DNA of 64,000 nucleotides from Nymphaea colorata (taxonomy: Eukaryota), in the NCBI RefSeq assembly GCF_008831285.2, contig NC_045138.2, forward strand, positions 23,312,001 to 23,376,000, read 5' to 3'. Under the pieces are notes generated by a model. That model had not been told where the DNA came from, searched no databases, and saw only the letters and a program-made list of their open reading frames with translations. This document shows positions 15,030 to 27,227 of the stretch, in pieces. Position numbers and translations under genes: made by a program. Position 1 is the stretch's first letter, and every line of letters starts with the position of its first letter.

Positions 15030-15335
15030 TTAGGCCCCATTACGGTTTGCAGCAACATAAAAAGCATATTTCTGTAGTAATGGTGGAGCTTTTCTTATTC
15101 AAGACAAGAAGTGTGCAATTGAAGAGAGGAAAAAATTTAGCCTTTCACAGCCACACGATGCAAATCGAGATTTGTCACTATTTTTCCAAAAATTAACTGA
15201 TAATGAAGAATTCAAACTAGGGTTTGTGCAAGTAATAGACAGGTTGTAGATCATTTTGACAGAGCCTTTGCCCATAAGCAAGTTTGAGAAACTTCGTATC
15301 TCTTTAAATATGACAAATTAAGAGGGAATGTCAAG
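15030..15335 (+). mobile_element. Copia RNase H C-terminal remnant with PPT
   Basis: 'IILTEPLPISKFEKLR' resembles the Copia ADILTKPL..F..LR motif, followed by AAGAGGGAA-TG. Confidence 0.55.
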
Positions 15336-15699
15336 GGTCGAAAGTTAAGATGGGGGGAAATCTATGGTGCAATGAAAAAGAAAGTCCATGGAAACTCTTC
15401 GGAAACCTCTAGGCCCGTTGGACTGCCCCGGATATTTTTAGACTTATTGCCTTGTGTAATAATATCTACAAGATTATAACCAAAATGATAATTTTCAAGA
15501 TGCATGCAATTCTAGTGAGAATTATTGATGGCAACCATGGTCCGTTAATCCGTTTTGTAGGTAGAAGTGTCCATAACCAAATATGGCTTGCAAGTTGCAA
15601 ACGACCTTTCACACTGTTTTAACTTATGCAATTAAGAAATGGCTGGTTTAAAGATGGTTCACAGTGAGTTTTCAACAGGTTCTCTGGGAAATTCTTGCA

Positions 15700-17300
15700 G
15701 GACATCTTTATTGGGCTCCACGCAGAATGGGTTTGCAAGAACCATGTTATGTGTGATATCATCATCCTTCTGATCCTCATTAATGATGTAGAAGGTCATG
15801 AATTCAAATGTTCCAAGGGACTGAGGCAGGGGAATCCTTTGTCACCCTACCCATTTCCTAGTGGTCATAGAAATAATACTGAGACGGCTCAAAACTCAGG
15901 TGGAGAAGAAGAAAATTAGTACATCGAAGATGCCCGAAGTTTAGCATGGAATTGGCTGAACAGTATTTCTTGATGATGCATTATTGTTCAGCAGGGGGAC
16001 TTTGAGGTTTACGAAACTCGCTCAGGATGTTTCTAGTTTATATGGAGGGTAACGCAAGGATGAAGGTGAACAAAAACAAATCCATGTTAGTTGCCTTTAA
16101 TATGTTCTAATGAGAAGAGGAGCATACTAGCAAGGGAGGTGGGAAACTTGATAGTTTCTTATTTAGGCCTTCCATTATTTGCTGGTCTCCTTACAGAAAC
16201 TCGGTGTCGACCCTTTATAGAGAAGATGGACAAGAAACTCAATTCTTGAAAGGCAAATCCTTTGACTTATAGCAGCAGGCCGCTGTGTCTAATCAAATAT
16301 AAATTCGACTTCATTGTCAGTCACTTGGATGCAAGGCTTTAAATTGCCAACAAGTATCATGGAAAAGAGCATGGTGGGATTCCTTTGGGTTGAGGAATCC
16401 AATGGGTTCTGGAAAAATCATTTGCTTTCATGGAAAAAACTCTGTAAAATCCCTGGATGAGGGAAGGATAAATATGAAGCCCCTTGTTGAGTAGAATAAA
16501 ACACCACTAGCTAGCCAACTCCTCCAATTAATGAATAACAGAATAATTCCTCAAGACTAGCTATGAGGGAGATACCTCAGGGTAAGGGACGGGCTGCAGA
16601 CTCTTAAACAGACCTGGAGGAGCTCATGGTGCTGGAAAAGCCTTGGATATAGCTAGCATCTGCCTTGCATTAAGGTAATGAGGAATATGGGCAACAGGAT
16701 CACTGCCAAATTCTGGTTAAACAGGTGGTGTGGCATGGAATTGGTCAAGAATATTAATGGGGAAGATAATGGGTGCATAAGCTCTAATATCAACATCAAT
16801 GCAGCTGACTCTCAGGCAAAGTATGGTAGAGAACTAGTGCCACTCCTTGACTGCATGAACGTGCTGCAAGGATTGACCCTTGGCACGTGAGGGCCTGACC
16901 GGCTTTTTTGGGAGTCAGGGGAGACTAAAAACCTTAAAGCAGGTGAACTATTTACTTTTAACTAGAAATGCAGGAAGCAAAACTATAACGGCCCCTTGAC
17001 TTGGTATTGCCATGGAATTCCAATCCTAGTCTAAGGTCCAGTTCAAGCACAAATGATTATCAAAAAGTGCTGGAATTCTATGTGCGACGTAGGTCGATGG
17101 AGGATTTGGTGGTCGAGAAACAAGCTTGTTCATGGCAGCGGTCAGAAGCTTATTCACACCATTTGGCAAGCTTGCAAAGATTATTCAAGATTATTCTCAT
17201 CTATGACATGAAATATCCAAGAGAAGGAACTGCTGATGATCTGATTTAAAGCAGGACTAATATGTAGAGGAGAGCCAGTCGATGTTATACAAGGATGGAT
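15700..17300 (+). mobile_element. Degenerate 5'-truncated L1-type LINE (RT and C-terminal part)
   Basis: 'KGLRQGNPLSPY', 'YLGLPLF', 'WKKLCK' and 'AKFWLNRWCG' motifs with many stops and frameshifts. Confidence 0.8.
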
Positions 17301-19201
17301 GCTTTATATTGCAGTCTGTAATAACCAGAGGACAAACGGAAGAGCTACATATACGTGAAAGGTAGAAGCTTTTAGATTCCAAAGGGACATCTTGGTTTAT
17401 GAAAAGATACATTAAAACTTGTCAAAATGTGTTAGGTGTATTTAAAAAGTTGCAACAACGTGGAAGTCCCTTTAATTTAGGCAATTGGGCCCTATCTCCA
17501 TACGGTATTATTTCAATATTTTCTTTTATTTCGGCTCATTTGCGTACGAGTACGTGAAAATAATAAAGCTCACTTATTAACCTTTTTTTAAGCTTTAGCC
17601 ACATTCTCATTGCGTTGATGAAAGTACTCAAACCCAACATTAAAGTTAATTTAGTTGCAGTATATACACCAAGCAAGTAATACTCGAACCGATCTCTTGG
17701 ATCGCTCATCATTTATTATGCATCAAAAAACAAACTCTGACCGTCATGGTTCTTACATGATTGGCTAAATCAACATGTTATTCCAGTCATGTGGATATCT
17801 GCCACAAAAACATATATGAGAAACAAAATACGTATACGGAAATCGACAATGCCGCCAAACTGTCTCCACACCTACAATGAAAGAAGGAAGAAACATTGTA
17901 AGTGAACATAGTCGGCAGATCATATCTAATAAGGCAATATCACCCTTCAACTTAAGTAATACGCTCCACCACCCTAAGACACAGAGGCATGGCTCCTGGA
18001 AGAGTCGAACCAGAAACATGTCTTTTCCCATGTCCCTAGCCGAACCAGTTACGGTATGCTTCTTGAGGCCTAAACAGCTATCCCTCAAACATGGCTTAAA
18101 GTATGAAGTACCTAGTAAATATAAATGTTTGTTGACCAATAATAAATATGTGGCTCTCAATTTCAATCAGTTTGATAGCATCTTAGTAGCAATCATCTAC
18201 AAAACAGAACATTAGCGAGCCACTCTTTTGCCCATGCATGTAAAAGTGTGCTAACCATAAAATTTTCAAAAGCTTTTTGCGGAATAGCTAAAGGTTAAAC
18301 CTCATCTTATTTGTTTTCCATGAAAAAAATACCATTTATTGGTCAACCTTTTTGCTCATTAATGATCAACAATAAGATGACCTTTTCGCAGTTTGTCAAA
18401 ACCATGAAATTAAGGTAGACCCTATGTTAAACTAAACCTTTCAATACAACATATGGGGTAATCTAACACGCCCCAAGGTTTAAATGTTGTAAAAATTGCA
18501 TCTATTCTTTGCACTGCAATAAGAAACGAAGTTTTATGGTTTAGCGTCGTGGCTATTTCGGGCCGATTCGTTCTTTGTGACTACCAATGTTCCTCATACT
18601 TTTTTTTTTTTTTACTTCTTAAGCTTTGAAATTTGTACAGTAACTCAATAGTTGTTGCTTCCTCATCCTTTCATCTATGTCTCGAAGTAAAGTAAAAACG
18701 ATTTTATCTCTGGCTAAAACTTTTACTAGTTTGTATTATCGCATTTTACGCGTACCTACAAGGGCATTCCTAAAATGCTTTTCACAAAAAAAGCTGGTAG
18801 AGCAATGTCGAAAAATTTCGACATATGGATATTTGTATTACACAGTGAAATGCATTTATTTTGAGATATTGCGATTTTATTGTGAAACTACTTCTTTTTG
18901 TGACTTTTCTTATTGCAAAGGATCTTCTATGCATATCTTTTTAACATCGTAACAACACATGCTGCAATTACCAGTTTTCCCTGAAGTGAAAGAAACCAAA
19001 TTAATTTTCAAAATATCCTAAGACATACTTCGCTTGATGAGGATTTACTTTTGTGTTGACTATATATTAACCTTTCCAGAGTAAACGAGATACCTGATAT
19101 TGTTTGATATAACTAACTTCAGTCAATTGACAGACAGCTCGGAAGATTCAAGTTCAAAATGAAAAGGAGAGAAGAAACTAAGGGAGACGGTACCGTTCTA
19201 G

Positions 19202-19420
19202 CTACCACTTGTTGGCGTCTGTATGACAAACGGAGCACCTCCTGTTGCATTCCGCAGGGATGGTCATCTGCATGGTGCAGATACGATAGCACCTGTCGAA
19301 GCATTCCATCTCTGGGTTTGCTGCAACCTTCGGCACCTGCACCATCACTGCCATTGCGACCAGCACCACCACCACCACCAAGCATGCCAATGAAAAACCA
19401 GATGTCTTTCTGCCTGCCAT
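19202..19420 (-). CDS. Small secreted cysteine-rich peptide (plant thionin-like/TAP1-like), 72 aa
   Basis: Hydrophobic signal peptide (LACLVVVVVLVAMAVMV...VAA), mature part C-x3-C-x3-C-x9-C-x3-C-x2-C, and TATA-like TATAAG ~85 bp upstream on the minus strand (~19505-19510). Confidence 0.75.
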   Translation of the reverse strand: MAGRKTSGFSLACLVVVVVLVAMAVMVQVPKVAANPEMECFDRCYRICTMQMTIPAECNRRCSVCHTDANKW

Positions 19421-20389
19421 CTCTCTGTTTCTCCTTTCCTTCCTTCTCTTTCTCTGTGGTTCAGCTTCTTGGGGAGTACCAAAGAGTCATGACCCCAAGG
19501 AATTCTTATACGGAAGCTGATCAGTCTGAAGGGAGAAGGATTAGTGGCATGCCACATGTTGTGGAGGCATGTGGATGCAAATTAAAACAAAGTGACAGGT
19601 CCTTCCCGGTTTCTCCGGAGGTCTACCTTTCTGGTGTTGGAAGACTTCAATTTGTGGTTCCCCTTTGTAAATAATCGAGAAATTTGCTGAAAATAGAATA
19701 CTTTGTTTCCGCAGAAAACAAAGAAAGGAACAAGTCTTGTGTTCTAAGTTTACTACAACCTAAACCAATCGATATCTATACTATTGATAATCACAAACAG
19801 AGTAGATTCATCACCAATGTAACAAGATGAAAAATTGAGATTTTAACAAATCACAACTTAATCTACAGAACCATTATTAATGAACAGATAATTAGAGAAT
19901 CACAAGACGACCTGCAGCGGGCTGCAGGACAATAAATTACTAAGCTAATCGGATCAATTTCTCACTTAAAACTAACAAATTTAATGCATTCCCTGACCAA
20001 AGAACCAAAAGTACAAGAAATTTCAGACGAAACTGTTTCTAAAACCTCCAATCAGATGAGCAATTTGAAACTATTTTGTGCAGGAACTTGCAGAAAAACA
20101 GATTTTACTTAACAAATCCAAGTCTAATTACACTTCTCCTAGACGTCCCACACTAGTAAAGAATTAACCTAAGAGAAACTTACGATACGCAATATCTCTA
20201 ATTTCTGGCAGATCCAAAAGAACTTCAAATTCATATTCCAATCTCTAGTTAGACATTAATCTTATCTTTTTTTAATCAGATATTAAAATAAAATATTAAA
20301 ATCCACTGTAGGAATCAAACTAATTAACCTAGAACTTAAACTGAAGACGGATGATTACCTCTTGTAGGAGTTGCAGTTCAAACCAAACT

Positions 20390-23300
20390 TGCTTATATAT
20401 GATCATCTTATGGGATACGTTGATAGCACAAAACAAGCTCCTACTAAATTAATCGAAGGTACCTCTAATCCCAACTTCGAGTTTTTCTTTTCGCAAAAGG
20501 ATGATCAGCTTATTCTTAGTTAGATTTTGGCATCTTTATCCGAAAAAAATTCACATTCAAGTCAATGGATTGTCTTCTTCATATGAAGTTTGGAGTGCCT
20601 TAAAGAAAAGTTGTGCTGCTCATTCAAGGTCGAACATTATGCTACTCAATTCCAGTTGCAAGATATTAAAAAAGGGCCCATGAATATCAATGAATATATT
20701 CTTAAGGTGAAACCGATGCTCACGAGCTTACCAACGCTGGTAAGAACATGGGTGAAGACGACATCATTATGCAGAATCCAAAAGGGTCACCGAGTGAGTA
20801 CTCACTACTCAGCCTTGAAGATATCCATGGAAACCAGACCCGACCTGAGCAGATCTCCTTGTCGGAGCTTCATAGCCTTCTCCTTGTTCAAGAGGCCCAT
20901 ATAAGCAGTATAAATATGACCAGCAAAATATCTAATCTGGGTGGGTGTTCTTGAGGACTATCAACGTGGAGATTCTCTTAAACTAGGTGACGGTACAGGT
21001 TTGCATATATCTCACATTGGCTTACCCCTATTCCATGAGAAATTCATTTTGAATGATATTCTCAATGTCCCTGGCATCTTTATGAATCTTCTATATGTCA
21101 GCAGTTTTGTCATGATAATAATGTGAAATGTGAATTCACTCCTTTAGTCAAGTTGTGTGAAGGATATGGCTACAGGGAGAACTGATAGACTGAGGTTATG
21201 ATTAGAAAAGAAGGAGGTGAAGAGAAAAAGTGGCACACGATTTACGTGGTTCAGCTTTGCAGCCTACATCCACGAGCAAGAGAGACCAATATTCTGATAT
21301 TATTGTATGTGAGTTGATACACTCGTTTATGTCTTTATACATCAAGAGAATATTAAGAAAGGAAGAGAAATTTTCATAAACAATATATACATTAATTGAT
21401 CACCGTTGCCCAGCTTTCTTTCCTTGCTAATTGTTACCAGATTGGTCTCCTTTTTTATCGTTGCAATTCTATCACTCCCCTTCAAGTGGGGCGTACATGT
21501 TATGACATCCCCACTTGCTGGTGGCTATCTTCGATTTCAGTTTGTTGACTCCTTTAGTCAAGGCATCGGCAACTTAATCAATGCCTTTAATGTAAGGAGT
21601 TCTAATTTCTCCATATATGACTTTTTCTCTGATGTAATGACAATCGATCTCAATATGTTTGGTTCTCTCATGAAACACAGGGTTTGTAGATATGTGTATT
21701 GCAGCCATGTTGTCACAGAACATGTCCATTGGCTTGGTAATACTAAAATTCATTTCTTCAACAAGGTTCTTAGTCCATGTGAGCTCACTGGCACCAGATG
21801 TCATTGCACGATATTCTGCTTCTGTACTAGACTTAGTCACCACTCTCTGTTTCTTGTTTTTCCAAGATATTAGATTTCCTCCGACAAAAACATAGTATCC
21901 TGTAGTAGATCTTCTGTCACTAATGTCACCTGCCCAATCAGCATCAGTAAAACCAACAATGTCAATGTTTTTGTTTCTTTTGTACCAAAGTCCCTGCCCT
22001 GGAGTACCCTTCACATATCTGAGGATGCGATCAACTGCATTCATGTGAGATTCTCTTGGACTTTGCATATATCTACTAGTGACATTCACAGCATAAGAAA
22101 TGTCAGGACGAGTAACTGATAGATATATCAACTTACACACAAGTCATTGGAACCTTTCTTTTTCAACTTCAGCTTCATCATCGCAAGGTCTAATTTTGAG
22201 GTTTGGTTCAATAGGAGTGTCTGCCAGTTGAGCATCTAACTTTCCAGTCTCCTTTAAAATATCTAATGCATACTTTCTCAGACATAGCATAATACCTTTA
22301 TGCGATTGAGCAACTTCAATACCAAGAAAATGTTTGAGTTTTCCCAAATCCTTTATATCAAAGGTTTTCTTTAAGTAATCTTTCAGAATCTGAATGTCTT
22401 TTGTATCATTTCTGGCTACAACTATGTCATCTACGTAAACTAAGACCACAGTGATGTTCTCTCCATGGCTTTTGACAAATAAGCTATTGTCCGAGTGACA
22501 CTTGTGGTACCCAGATTTTTCCAATATCTGACTCAACTTTATGTACCAAGTTCTAGGAGATTGTTTTAAGTCATATATGGCTTTATTGAATTTGCAGACT
22601 CTTCATTTCCTTTCATCTGGGTGACCTGGAGGTAAAGACATAAATTTCTTCAATGAGCTCTTCTTGTAAAAAGGTGTTTTTGACATCTAGTTGATGTAGA
22701 CTCCAATCCAAGTTGCAAGCAATAGAGAGCAATATTCTCAAGGTATTCATCTTAGCAACGGGTGCAAATGTTTCTTCATAATCCAACCCTTTAGTCTGCG
22801 TGAACCCTTTAGCCACTAGATGAGCCTTGTATCTTTCTAAGGTTTCATCGCTTTTATACTTTACTCTATAATGTCATTTGCACCCCACTATGTTTGTGTT
22901 CTTTGGTGCGATGACAACTTCCCATGTTCTGTTTTGCCTTAGAGCTTCAAGCTTTTTATCCATAGCCTTCCTCCAATTAGGATCTTCTTGAGCCTCTTGA
23001 AATGACTTAGGCTCTTGAATTTTATCAAGATTTCTAACAAACTTGGCATGATTGTTAGAAATTTGATTGTAGGACACATACTTGTTGATTGGGTAGGTTT
23101 CATAATCTACTAGGCGTGAAGGAGCACGTCTAATTCTTTCTGATCTTCTAAGAAGTGTTGAGTTGTTCTCTACATCTTCGGTAGTAGTTGCAAGCTTTTG
23201 ATCATTTGTGGGGCTTTCATTCTCAGAATGAGTCTCATTATTGGTTCCATGTACATCAACCACAGTAATAAACAAGTCATCATAATCGTGCAAAGTTGAG

Positions 23301-25800
23301 TTAGTGAGCTCCCCTGACTTTGTCCATCTAGATTGACGTTAAAGTAAGGGAGAGATTCATTGAATTGTACATCACGGGAAATAAAAAATTTTTTAGAGAC
23401 AGGGTTGTAACAAACGTACCATTTACTTTGCATATCATAGCCCACAAAAATGCATTTAATAGATCGAGAACTTAACTTGTCTCTTTTTTATGGATGTTGC
23501 CATACTTATGCAACACATCTAAACACCCGAAGATGATCGAGCTTAGGTTGCAAACCCGTGAAACGCTTGATAGGACTATGGTAGTTCAACAATTTGCTCG
23601 GAGTCCTATTAATAACATAGCATGCAGTAGAAATAGCATATTTCCAATAATTTTTTGGTACATTCATCTAAAACAAGAAACTTCTTGCAACTTCGAGTAA
23701 ATGTCTATTTTTCCTTTCAGATATACCATTTTCTTGAGGTGTATCCACACAAGACATCTCATGTCTAATACCATGTTCGCCAAGAAAAAGTTTGAAATCA
23801 TGATTTTTATATTCAGTGCCATTGTTGGATCTAATACTTTTAATTTTCAGTCTATATTGAGTTTCAATCATTTTGTAAAAAGTTTTAAAGTGAGAGAACA
23901 CTTCGGACTTATTTTTCATAAAATAGACCCATGTGGATCTTGAGAAATCATCAATAAAAATCACATAGTAACGAAATCGATCCATAGAATCAATAGGCGC
24001 AGGTCCCCAAACATCAGAGTGTACCAAATCAAATGGTTTTGGGCTAATGGAATCAGAATTTAGGTCTAGTCATCCTAGCAAATTTGCACATTTCACACTC
24101 TCTACAATTGAAACAAAGATTAGGAAATAAATAATCTAAAATTCTAGAATATGGATGTCTCATCCTTTGATGCCAGATTTCTCCATTGTTGGCATGATTC
24201 ACGTTCAATGCATGATTCATAGTTCTTATTTGATAGAGTCCATTGACGAGTTGCCCTTAACCAATTGTCTTCTAAGTTGTCCGATCCTGAAAAATAACAT
24301 TAGTAGCAGAAAATACTACACTGCGATCTTGGGCTCCATAGAATTTATCAGCCAAGATGCTACAATGTCGTTGGTGGACCTCCATTCCTTGTATTTTAGA
24401 TCATTAATGGCAGGTTTTTTTATATTACCATCAATATAATCCAACTTAGATTTTCCACTAAGAAATCGTGTAACTGCCTTAGATCATGGCAAATAGTTGA
24501 ATCCATCGAGCAAGGTATGAGTAATTTTGAGATTGGGGTTACCTTGTTCATGAATGACAATGTTATGTGTCGATCCATCACTGGTTTGAATGATGGTGGC
24601 TTTATCGTTGTCATTCCTAGTTTCCCTTTCTTGCTCCATAATGACTCACTGCTTGAAGCTTGATGGTTTTTGCCTTATATGATCTTCTTATGCTCTGATA
24701 CCAAGATAGACTGAGATTATGATTATAAAAGAAGGAGGTGAAGAGAAAAAGTGGTACACGATTTACGTGGTTCAGCTTTGCAGCCTACATCCACGGGCAA
24801 GAGAGACCAATATTCTGATATTATTGTATGTGAGTCGATACACTCGTTTATGTCTTTATACATCAAGAGAATATTAAGAAAGGAAGGGAAATTTGAGAAA
24901 TTTCCATGAACAATATATATGTTAATTGATTACCGTTGCCCAGCTTTCTTTCCTTGCTAATTGTTACCAGATTGGTCTCCTTTTTTATCGTTGCAATTCT
25001 ATCAAAAACGCTGCTGATAGAAATAAGTAAAGATGGCATATATCTTGTCGGATTGGATGAAAGAAGTTCGACAAGGTGCTGGAGAGAAGATGTCTCTTGT
25101 GATGGCATAACGGGCTCGGACATCCAGTTATGAGGGCTATGTGTCAAGTGATAAATAAACTTGGTGTACCGTTTCATAACTGTTATAGTCAGTTGTATGA
25201 TGCCTGCTTAAAAGGCAAGAATCATTCTTGCATTTGTTTGATAGTTCTGACTGAGACATTCCCTTGTTAGCTAGTATTGATGGATTTCGTTATTATGTAA
25301 TGTTTGTGGATGCTTTTTCTTGGTATGGCTTAAATTTCTTAAATTTAAATATGATATTGACACTGTTTTTAAGATGTTTAAGCAGCAAGTTGAAAACATG
25401 TTTAGCAAAAGAATTAAAATTTTCCATTCTAACTAGGGAGGAGAATTTCAAGCTTTAATCAAGTTGTCGTTAAATAAGGAATGAGTGAGTGAGTATATCA
25501 TGTCTATAAACTCCTCAGCAGAATGTTGCTGCTGAATGAAAACACCATCACATTGTCGAGACCGGACTTTCTTTCATGGCGCCTAATGCCATTGTTCTGC
25601 AGGCTTTCTGGAATCATGCCTTAGTATTGTCTTTCTTATAAACCGCCTGCTAACTGAATTTAAGCAAGGGCATCCACCTCCTGAAGCATTATTTAAAAGA
25701 ACTAAATATAATTTTTTGAAACTGTTGTGGTTCTGCTGCTTACGCTGCCTTACAGACTACATAAATCATTTTGATAAGGACACATTTCCTTTTGCTAATA
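20390..25800 (+). mobile_element. Old degenerate Ty1/Copia element (gag-protease-integrase remnants), split by a younger Copia insertion
   Basis: Gag-like 'LMGYVDST', 'LKLGDGTGLHISHIG', 'KDMATGR/TLLIEISKDGIY' continuous across the insertion, integrase 'DGFRYYVMFVDAFS' and 'HHHIVETGL'. Confidence 0.8.
21183..25004 (-). mobile_element. Ty1/Copia LTR retrotransposon with paired LTRs, internally deleted and non-autonomous
   Basis: LTRs at 21183-21474 and 24704-25004 (~11 substitutions plus one 9-bp indel by eye). PBS TGGTATCAGAGC (rc of 24692-24703), PPT at ~21475-21485, TSD AGAAC/AAAAC. Integrase 'VHSDVWGP', RT 'LVYVDDI', RNase H 'TDADWAGD' and 'HERTKHIEIDCH'. Confidence 0.95.
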
Positions 25801-25978
25801 ATCATTCTCAGATTAGTCGAGGAAACCTACCAGCTCTCTTCTCTTAATAATCACACCCCCATTGATGTTCTCATCTTCTCCTTCCGATCTTCCTAAAAAC
25901 ATATGCAAATATAGACATGCTTACAATAAAACTATCTAAGTAGTTACATATCCAAAACTCTAAACGTCCATAATATTT

Positions 25979-26210
25979 CGCTAGAAAAAACCTACATCGA
26001 TGCGAAATAATATCCTCTTCCCGACTATCAGTAAAAGCAAATTTTGAACGACATGCATTCTGCACGCATCAACGAAAGCCAACGTTCATCGACACCTTTC
26101 TCCAGATGTTGGTGAAAGTCAATCTTCATCGACATCACAGTCTGGATGACGTCGTTTAAAATGGACTTTCACTGACAGCCACTTTCCAATGCATCGGTGA
26201 ATCCATGCAT
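25979..26210 (+). mobile_element. Possible CACTA end remnant
   Basis: CGCTAGAAAAAA (degenerate CACTA terminus) followed by repeated CATCGAC/GTTGGTGAAA-type subterminal motifs. Confidence 0.35.
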
Positions 26211-27227
26211 GTTTAAAATATTGTTGCCCTCCTCCTTTCTTTCTCCTTTCGAGTCTCGTGTGTTTGTTCAAAGACTAGCATGTCACTTTTTTAAACATTG
26301 ATTCTTTCTTCGTGGATAGAAAATGTATAGCGCCTACTTCATGGACATACAGCTAAACAATGTTTGCAGCTTCATTGACATGACCAAAATGCACGCAACA
26401 CTGCATCAAATCAAGTTGGTGAAGTGAATTGGTACCTGGATTTGGTTGCTACACATTATGCAACTAATGATTTAAGCAATCTGGTCGTTTATGAGAACTA
26501 TCAAAGAGAGACATTTTAAAGCTTGGGAACGGTTCAAGTTTGACCATCTCTAGTGTTCATTCCACTTTTATTAATGTCAATCTCACTTAAAGATATTATC
26601 AAAAAGACCCTGATCTCAGTTCAAAAGTTCTGCATGAATAGAGATGTTAATTTTGAATTTTGCGCAACATCTTATGTCATGAAGGACCTTGCTATAGGGA
26701 AAGGGAGCAACTACAGCTTAAACTTGCAAGAGAAATCGAGCAAAGTTATAGCTCGTTGGTGAACGCAATCTCCAGCAATGACAACATGCGGTGCTTAGAA
26801 CTATTACGATATTGACAGACAAATTTAGCTTGCAATTTTCAAAATTTCAAAGTATTGCCATGGCAAGGGCAAGATTCATCCTCTGCCCTTTTACGAAACA
26901 GACTTTTGGGCTTCAAACTATTAGGGATTATATTTTCAGAAGTTGTGCAACATTGTCCTGTTGTTACAAAAGGTGGTTTTTGATAATCTTGTGTGTTTAT
27001 TTAAGGATATCAATGGATCATATTCGAATCGAATGTATCCTTAGATGTATCCACTTGTTCAGATATTCACACATTTAGATTTGAATTCGGCTTTGAATAT
27101 GAACAAAGAAAGATCTGAATCTGAATCTGATCCAGATCTAATTTTTACATTTATATCTGAAACTAAGTTGGAATCCAAATTTTGATCGGATCTAACAAAT
27201 TTTTAAAATGTAAGAGCATTGGATGTA

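Noticed and set aside
19159..19674. 171-aa plus-strand ORF
   Set aside because: Antisense to the cysteine-rich peptide gene, which has the better signals (signal peptide, Cys pattern, TATA).
19690..20380. LTR- or leader-like A-rich segment before the old Copia
   Set aside because: No termini, PBS or partner repeat could be identified.
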